Positions 62,001 to 64,000 of a stretch of 64,000 nt of DNA are shown here, one piece after another. A model generated the notes under the pieces. It ran no database searches. It was given only the letters and a program-made list of their open reading frames with translations, and was not told the DNA's origin. Source of the DNA: Caecitellus pseudoparvulus (taxonomy: Eukaryota > Protista > Bigyra: Bicosoecida); assembly GCA_965644315.1 (NCBI GenBank), contig CBFFRQ010000018.1, positions 1,240,001 to 1,304,000 on the forward strand, given 5' to 3'. The translations under genes and the position numbers were made by a program. Every line of letters starts with the position of its first letter. The first letter of the stretch is position 1.

Positions 62001-64000
62001 CTCCTGCTGCTTGCGAGCTTGGAGGTCCTCGGGGCGTGGCTGCATGACGTCGCCGCCGACGCCTTGGTAAGCCTCGACAGGGGGCACCATGGCTGGGCGC
62101 AAGTGTGACGTGGAGGGCGCCTGACTGCCCTTCGACACCGCCTCTCGCAGCTCGCCCTCCGTACCTTCCTCCAGTGTGCTGCCTTCTGCCACTCGTGTCA
62201 AGTCTGATAGCTTGGAGGCGTGGGACTGCACAGCAGCGCGCAGAGATGCGGTGGGCAGGAAGACGACGTGGTACAGCTCGGCCTGCTCGTCAAAGTCAGT
62301 GACGACGACGGGAGACCACACCCACTTGCCTCCTGAGAAGATGGGCGAATAAGCCAATGGCCCCTCCACGTGCACGACGTGGGGTGCCTCTGCCTCCTCA
62401 GACTCCTTGCCACCCTCCTCTCCCTGCAAGGCGACAGTGGACCTGACAAAGGGGGGGGTGGACAGCCACTCTTCGGGGGTGGCTGTCTCATACTCCTCGT
62501 TGTCAAACACCTGCAGAGGCAGCTCTGACAGGTCCAAGCGCAGGAACAGCGGGTCAGCCACCGACGCAGGGACGTCGGACACGGCAGGCCACTCGGCATC
62601 ATCCGCCCCAGTCACGAGTACGGTGCGGCCGGTGAGGATGTCCCCAGTCAGGGAGTCAGCGTCGTCGTCGCCACCCTTGCCCTCTGTGCCCGAGGCCTTG
62701 GCGCGGCTGCGGGCAGCAGCGGCCTCCACCCTGGCTTTGTGGGCAGCCGCGGCGGTGGTGCCGATGAGGCTGGCGTCCTCTACTGTGAAGGTGGCCTTCC
62801 CTCCCCGCTTGATGCTTACCCCTGCAATGGGCTCAACGCCGAAGGTGGCAGAGCGGTCATGAGCATGCACCGCTGCAGCACCCACTGCAGGACTGGACCT
62901 GATGGCCAGCGCTGCGACTTTCGCGAGGAGATCCTTCGCAGCGCACAGGACGCTCGCAGAAGGAGCAGGCTCGGGGGACAGCAGCTTGGAGTTGGACGGG
63001 GTGAGGCGGGAGGCGGGGCCCAGCCCTGCCGCTCCGATGATGGTGGTCAGCTCCATCATGCTGATGTCTGAGGTCGCCTGGTCCTCGGCAGCCGCCTCTG
63101 CAGCCTTGCGCTGCTTCAGCGTTGCGTCCAGGCGCAGGGAAGCGGTGGTGCCCAGGAGCCCGATGAGTGGGGAGGACGCCGAGGGAGTGAAGAGGGGGTC
63201 TGCAGCGAACGCCGCCAACAACGCCTCTTCCTCCGCACTGACAGCCGGCGCTGCGCCCTTGCCTTCCCCTTCCTCCAAGTGGAACCTCACGTGGCTCTCA
63301 GGCTCGGACGCAGGCTCCCCCGCCTGAGCCAGCACCCTGCGCATGCTCAGCCCCTCAATGCCTGCCAGCGACAGGGCGGCGTGGTCGGGAACGGCCTGCA
63401 CCTGCGACCCCAGGCTGCCTGCGCTTGACAGCGCCGCGATGACGGCCGCTGCGTTCTTGGCCGCTGAGCGGGAGGAGCCATCCCGCGGCACATGGGTGGG
63501 CAGGCGGCGCACAGTCAAGGGCGTGCGGCGGAGGGACTCCCGCACACACAGCAGGCGGTCGAGCCCCACTGCGGCAGCAGAGTCCCGCAGGCCCGGGAGC
63601 TTGGCTTCGCCCCGAGCGGCGCCGGGAGCAGCGGACTTGCGTTCACGGGCGGCATTGCGCTTGCGAGCCACGCGCCCGCCTGCCGTCTCCAGCAGGGCCG
63701 TGAAGAGGCGGGCTGAGAGAATGCCCAGGGAGAGAGAGAAGTTGCCGCCCACACGCTCAGAGGGAGTGGGCAGGTATGGCGTCGTGCCAGGCGGCACATG
63801 CACGACGATGGAGGTGTCTGGAGCCGCCCGGTTCACTTCCCGCCCGGACGGGGACAAGGCGCGTGCCGTCGCCTGCGCGGTGGCTGCCGCGCTGCGCTCA
63901 GCGGATACTGCTGTGCTAGCACGGGTCTTGATGGCGCCAGGCTCGATCTCCACCGCGACCCGGGCGCCTGCGTCGGTTGCCAGGCCGGCTGCTGCCTGGG
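44028..64000 (-). CDS. DNAH1: axonemal inner-arm (single-headed) dynein heavy chain, DNAH1-like, >6,650 aa (5'-partial)
   Basis: The frame is open to the window end. Linker motifs: VQRSWRYLEPIF and FPRFYFLSNEELLEIL. P-loops: AAA1 GPAGTGKT, AAA2 GHTGAGKT, AAA3 GPTGTGKS, AAA4 GVGGSGR. Also present: stalk/MTBD, AAA5 WPLLIDPQ, AAA6 ISLGQGQG and C-terminal GVLSTTGHSTNFV...W..RGAALLCQ. The DNAH1-type tail motifs LPLQVFDNEEYETATPEEW and WVRRLNLRFAAE support the subfamily, which is less certain than the family. Confidence 0.9.
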   Translation of the reverse strand, partial: QAAAGLATDAGARVAVEIEPGAIKTRASTAVSAERSAAATAQATARALSPSGREVNRAAPDTSIVVHVPPGTTPYLPTPSERVGGNFSLSLGILSARLFTALLETAGGRVARKRNAARERKSAAPGAARGEAKLPGLRDSAAAVGLDRLLCVRESLRRTPLTVRRLPTHVPRDGSSRSAAKNAAAVIAALSSAGSLGSQVQAVPDHAALSLAGIEGLSMRRVLAQAGEPASEPESHVRFHLEEGEGKGAAPAVSAEEEALLAAFAADPLFTPSASSPLIGLLGTTASLRLDATLKQRKAAEAAAEDQATSDISMMELTTIIGAAGLGPASRLTPSNSKLLSPEPAPSASVLCAAKDLLAKVAALAIRSSPAVGAAAVHAHDRSATFGVEPIAGVSIKRGGKATFTVEDASLIGTTAAAAHKARVEAAAARSRAKASGTEGKGGDDDADSLTGDILTGRTVLVTGADDAEWPAVSDVPASVADPLFLRLDLSELPLQVFDNEEYETATPEEWLSTPPFVRSTVALQGEEGGKESEEAEAPHVVHVEGPLAYSPIFSGGKWVWSPVVVTDFDEQAELYHVVFLPTASLRAAVQSHASKLSDLTRVAEGSTLEEGTEGELREAVSKGSQAPSTSHLRPAMVPPVEAYQGVGGDVMQPRPEDLQARKQQESEWYKDGVLHLPGKLPKRWVRRLNLRFAAESFEAFFARRAAAAARREAAKAALRYVHFLEGQPSTPDVLAPLSEEVQAGILRKAVRASNPLPTLERHEQLVSRTMQEVRDEFAFTMKLAQHTYRLVDPAKRRAHVALRLPRPVPVPPAPVFGQVEVTPSVLEGFAHGDAARIPFAQAMMALEETLAVSTAPVWLPSYWLARLFHTRFLSKRRRFADTWLGSATSGAGASPEHEALQRERARKHMRRRFAVRGGAAGEDGMGASASAASLGTDAPALVVTNPQPSSRSEHTGASLDEEDVFACLKGVDYLELLGEEPVWPMSLATFERRQAAASAELLADLREDWRVKFVAELHDSVHNVYNLYMRSQSLYEASPLSDMLRRIQLFMTAQLRTLTSASIDSFISMLAGVCETGAVRDTATLVFADREERAQDVDSALQAYRAFTAAASLHATALNTRHGYHAGALVGHVATALLGSQLREAAEAHAAAVQASAHPAGRQGAFATALAAGRDTSIVPAQHGDLQQVQGSALQLLQAARLPPNQSVPGARGAASLEDAARAVCDTLYGVHPGHHGASTHRSAGHVVLRTAAEYEHLMDGLLGGVAKPPPAQPSGHAISSMLLLNYPLRGGRSPAAALWGVPQPVPPVLMPGDVSDDEDDRIGSRPDARLDFRDESLVGKYAIAQPPRAEAVSHKPSLFTITLVPTALKGVVFEGPTLGGFFGRPTQADASPAEDAAFPKASPAVSPVAGAAKLTLPGVAESSQDPEVWIDPMDVGQLADAAAKYTTHTAVALRLHAPHHLPGYTGKEHTEGGPSAYVPGAREGATAASAATRPVRSDVLPAGLHVYAAPPLRLALPADAKLAAHSVQFSPTAAEVETTLLRVLRRMGDAAASLTSVEPALLTLMPFEEAPLLPLTRQLPTPLPAQFSDVLQRHIVAAQHDQASWVQRLTAAVEDEVKRAEAEAKAKAEAADAGAAGSSLASARAARLLMASGVSSMPNLHRDRNVRKLLQGRPRPSAGPLSSAIEDMQQWHPAAVELRAAHEYLTDKLATSRQHLSTVPPSAVPVETRMEAARAAISQMVAAEMVRPNALANVYGRFAWLLSLRGADLTRGLSVRRRPPVLTEWDLGAPAEEGDDDGLGSREASAFPSALSGLRRRQAEADPSAVHIGPLRSAVVRGEDEWETEEETSDEEQDMEALFAAAHVAQAARAAMLSGATSPHLAATLPVDEGDETEATLPPAVLAVTPGSGPGDELYPADSAQEEQRAAAMSERRAKRAAEAAAVAARQHALAASASDDDFGMHGDGMGFGEMEAASEGDEVPLRQWQLPYVPKWAAHLTYDEAGRPKKKRAKDERREIRRFWRASQEIARLSDDHVSFGLFAVDTSHVKAVLTKRARELTTAMAKIIVRDCARVAVEVDEKYAELLARLKLKPSNARGVERMRAVLEALDGLVSGLEALSIETWRRLTSLGEFDRDERDIPKQVVRALLYLRTWPSRIMEQAGAALAHLDLESDKLVAELEVEKAAFEKQVAQLPGRVLEFYEKGGEELEVTDKAAFDKVAEEALSLQDQLIESTARATDFNERERIFEQPLSDFTTLERVKHDFQPFYRLWSVVNELDDKAVKWTENPFSEIDTKEMVSKVTAWHAGANGLIKAFAELGAEKPLEVATSLRKKLTGFREILPVVEALGAKDVMQPEHWQDVADRLDDFNGKPFDPLEEQRDFCLNDLINHGVKNHMDDVQEVALIASKQHALNASLQSMVGELRAVSLSLMPYPKSPDVAIIKGVDVIQALLDDQLVKTQNLLTSPYIVNILEDTRRFESMLLDATNLLEVWMNVQRSWRYLEPIFGSKDIMRQMPEQGRVFRVVDKVWRELMRGVAAEPSLVENLADSKLLSTLQNAAQRLETVQRGLNKYLEMKRGQFPRFYFLSNEELLEILAETKDPRRVQPHLNKSFEGIDRIEFKELDGYVSEDDEEDDEGDGEGGEDGAPAQKRQFPKCEIVAMVSKEKEVVRLDAPVDPNRGNRKGNVELWMTDLEDAMRSTLKAIMGRSIRAYAAEPEKREQLFLEWPGQIVLAVDAVFWTHHVEGALRRMKERHEANVAAWVAEKAAERRRAREVRRQMEEAMRSGGDSVLSGGASEEGGLTGRGGSGPVPAGAAQDTGIAVKGMVRRRSSRSMMRTDSSGRMLPPAHPAQGAAGQSAGSQPGAKLPRKPSKARVAGDRPPQMPRPASLRRSASGRSIGSARSDEEPIVAASVRSADNSDPASQVEVDVAPLAAYRDKLNEQLLNIVALVRQSGLKPLQRMTLTCLTTTNVHARDVVDEMVSKKVHDVNDFEWFSQLRYYWSGDPEWRGDDGATVGAGNAAAMAAGPSSPSQRRRKGGQGKGAAVGSGGVTLGSAPVVATLSLEEPPSMPVRIVNATAYYAWEYLGNSSRLVITPLTDRCYRTLMGAVHLLYGGAPEGPAGTGKTESTKDLAKALAVQCVVYNCSERMNTSSMAKLFKGLASCGAWACFDEFNRIELEVLSVIAQQILTIQKGKREGAKRFVFEGTSLNLRPSCNVFITMNPGYAGRSELPDNLKALFRPCAMMVPDYAMIAEIMLYSYGFESARDMSRKIVQVLRLASEQLSSQKHYDYGMRAVKAILVAAAALKRQLAWAEEELVLKAILDVNLPKFLEQDLPLFNGIVGDLFPRATLPAQEDHGLQGALLQAVAKHRLQAVPVLLQKASQLYDTTSVRHGMMLVGHTGAGKTTVVRTLARALNLLADAQRAAETEALAADDASRDHSVDLSPERSRSVGSSGSGMLRGMPEVEGAPEVPMKLAVPPAEIRRYSHVRMRVLNPKALAVEDLYGQDDVNTGDWTDGVLSLAVRMAARDVGQEAKWVMCDGPVDAVWIENMNTVLDDNKKLCLQSGEVIRLTNEMRMMFEVQDLVAASPATVSRCGMVYMEPHQLGWRPLVASWVAALPSSMRLDHGDFLQDAADWLLPHCLAYVRGTEKQNYVTSTVPGLTGAFLRLLGALMREEWVHMFETAALNEAAATAAGRAAVSASLASGPDTHSQSIQSAAAQDVAARRAAAAKAKEDVAVREKLEAMVVFALVWSVGGALGAESRPGFDTLLRALLAGDSVPDEVSYVKPPPRSHTLHDLQQRMDASFAALGAALDAAGVKQGALVLPASVEVPEAAFTRYELLSAGDAFDLISPQVGVRTSKLRFPDVDDASVFDFVLDMGARPSEGSSKEAPSAGAPSSLQLAATSAAGADAALTAAPPGQGPGGSVSTGPIKWQPWMPAGGSSGASSPRSGGARVPLFSIRPGIPYSDIVVPTVDTVRQSTIMQALVRHGVHVLAVGPTGTGKSVSIQHMLGKLAKERYQAVPLRFSARTTAAATQDIIDGAMSKRRAGVYGLSLGRTAVVFVDDLNMPEKEEYGAQPPIELLRQWMDHGGWYGFRSRGKPFRRVVDTQFVAGMGLSSGSRSEVTQRYLRHFNMISCVPFDETSLRRIFGSISRWFLTGASVADSLAGVALASSPTAAAGAGTGATSPRGAAPAVMQVAPKLVSAAVQIYATLQKHLRPTPAKSHYTFNLRDLSAVFEGTVAATPRDMREPEHLIRLVGHELFRVFSDRLVDMHDVQWFHDLVVDEIKAFTGVSWTRALQGFYDSSSDTRAKERKAEEAAAAAAAERASLERELDELKERSWAKATERAQAEKALTAEKHVRIDEGGEAAEPTEVSAPIVVTDADIEAQLSASDKSRMDSIAKKLESMPTSFKCKRGTQPFAFADDWATPDAGDGKADMHGESKEAPSALLPLRRDHDAATAAAVGAPFAEDGSASNSLAFGNFFEGDSAGKYAQAQSDAALLHALRSSLDQYNGTVKQSMDIVLFGMARDHVVRIARRLAQTAGHALLVGVGGSGRRCLTRLAAFTQGQSVFSLSSASTYGFTEWRDDLREVMTLAGVQNKPQVLLLSDADISSDAMMEDVNNIMNAGEVPGLFNEEDKTTVITDCQDAATKAAIAERAQAEAEGDVEAPSTADVVLTRADVFSYFVKACRRNLHVVLAFSPVGKAFRDRLRNFPSLVNCTYIDWFFPWPNQALTSVANKVLVDGGVVAPEDMGKVVPVAVSAHSVSSALTSSMRAETGRHNYVTPTMFLQFLKLYQGLLRSRRAAVSKDQDKYAKGVAAVDNAEAVATTLQRKVEELQPELEASRARTDRAMAAIEVQQAEVDRERAVVVAEEQRLTAEADAAEAMMAECQAELDHAKPLLEEATQALKGLNKQDIVEVKSLKHPPEAVKNVMKGVCIIKKQAPIKGTDGKPSYWVAAKKNLLSKSNFVKTLLTFKMKSLTDRIVEPLRPLLADPNFTPEIVRSSSVAAAGLCRWLHAVVGYHDTVKVVAPKERAVEDAQAALRVKKAALAEKQAMLQELEAKLATLLAQLRDANDEKARLEAGMQQCLTQQANAKILIASLGGQRDRWRRRTVEEQARYQHLTGDALLAAAVVAYLGPFSAEYRSQATQQWLAACVQHAVPLTCTAAGAADEGGQPAFSLVSVLGNDAVIQKWKAQGLPDDPASIDNALMMDASSLWPLLIDPQEQANAWIRSRELAAMEAAKAEAEAVEESKTSGSGRTPAGSAGASGVIGRLRARGNRDIVLPGSLIVVKPSTSNLSRTMEAAVSYGHHVLVEGVGETLVGVLKPLLERREHMAGGVKVIRLGDNTVEYNESFRLFMTTKLPNPHFAPEARVKVNLLNFSATPAGLTDQLLGTVVQHEAKEIENQRRASIKQIAQATAKVSETEERVLSELSSAGDNLLDNEELIATLQASQAISLQAEEELEQGRRSDKRVRALRMEYVPVARRAATLYFTIVSLSKLDPMYQFSLQWFTRLFQVALERTTVSKRKLPLRLAGIVNTFTLLLYRNVCRSLFEKHKLLLSLLMTLRILETETNTPPEHIRFLLSGATSISLSEGNPVAQAAAAATAQRKLPSTSPRGASGEGGFTSEPGVRDLLAGSDVTLDVQVVSEMEDEEAEEQVWLSDEAWRNFLDAASLPGFEGLVEDFKTRMAIWRDVASSDKPSDALMNVLLPASAMDDDGTASGMGSTARSGLGSTLGSMKGGAGRGMTSAASIGASTLASGMHGGPAKSVAGGGAALPRVDSFASSMLSGPAGAGGGTNDPVDSARWFPRELDGISLGGHRHIVGPASAYVQALTRQGAGGGKRGHRGVPTSAANVRYGGVSHARRAAVPPAAQSLAEALIGTGVNGDGAYSYSVTKKGHRKWSELTMLEHAILIRCLRPDKLVPALQDLIAETLGKEFVDMSPLDLAASYKDSAPDVPLVFVLSPGADPMTELLKFAETQGMAKQLEIISLGQGQGAIAEEAIRTAKDSTGKWVCLQNCHLAKSWMPSLERLVESFDAETMEPTFRLWLTSKPAPEFPVPVLQRGVKMILEPPKGVRNNLLGSFTTLTDEYLNSCSQGPPFRKLLFGLCFFHACVLERRAFGPLGWNIPYEFAASDLAISASQLKMFLDDMTPMWALVSSDSAAKPGTPSPATPVHGARSVATGDGGSSVMGGAESSSRRWVVPYAALHYLIAECNYGGRVTDDKDRRLLHATLSSVLNPDIMEDGFKFSDSGIYFAPPDGPLETYIEYIQSLPRNDEPELFGLHPNAAITNAVNESRSILQAGLQLQPRKASQQKSIQPAPASSASEGKNEHASGVEHAQQEDPLVSTAASILERLPSEFDVEAVERDHPVQHEQSMNTVLLQELGRFNGLIREVRSTLLSLQDALRGIILMGGDLEELADSLSTGRVPEAWHRVAYPSMKPLGSWVEDLLQRVAFFAEWVRDGPPASFWISGFFFTQSFLTGTLQNFARKYTVPIDAVYFDFEVQTSTSPHSGTSAPPDGAFVHGLFLEGAAWDPVECVLVDQRPQELLSPLPMLWLRPAVFEAGGSAEEGKEAESKAGSGVPRYAPPSTHVYVCPTYKTASRHGVLSTTGHSTNFVLDISLPISEDDTPQKWTRRGAALLCQTSN

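Noticed and set aside
19131-64000. Giant surface protein plus dynein as a co-functional flagellar gene cluster
   Set aside because: Only adjacency (convergent, 73-nt gap) supports it, and eukaryotic neighbours are usually unrelated. Conserved synteny or co-expression would be needed.
1-64000. CRISPR arrays, rRNA/tRNA genes, transposons, prokaryotic operons or defence systems
   Set aside because: No DNA-level repeat-spacer arrays, RNA-gene signatures or transposase/RT motifs were seen. The window is almost entirely eukaryotic coding sequence.

Overview
This window is gene-dense, GC-rich eukaryotic DNA, probably from a flagellated protist. It has short GT-AG introns of about 63-77 nt, an axonemal dynein, and a CAMK-type kinase of a style I associate with stramenopiles; the taxon is inference. 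Eight protein-coding genes fill almost the whole window: (1) 5'-truncated MPP10; (2) a 2-exon 181-aa Arf-family GTPase; (3) an alpha/beta hydrolase; (4) a 3-exon Ser/Thr kinase; (5) a 3-exon Ku80; (6) a ~2,900-aa chromatin scaffold; (7) an ~8,200-aa surface protein; (8) a 5'-truncated DNAH1-like inner-arm dynein heavy chain inflated to >6,600 aa. In gene 6, an in-frame intron joins the separate 'SAP' ORF to the large ORF. The architecture then reads SAP - AT-hook-like - split RFTS-like domain interrupted by FYRN/FYRC - DDT - bromodomain - WHIM. Gene 7 has a signal peptide, a triple beta-sandwich head, cadherin-like units, ~50-55 IPT/TIG-like repeats, GCC2/GCC3 Cys repeats, ~11 TM segments and a thrice-repeated cytoplasmic motif. 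Genes 6 and 7 are the best candidates for something undescribed. No RNA genes, CRISPR arrays or mobile elements were recognised. All domain calls are by-eye motif recognition; no searches were run.
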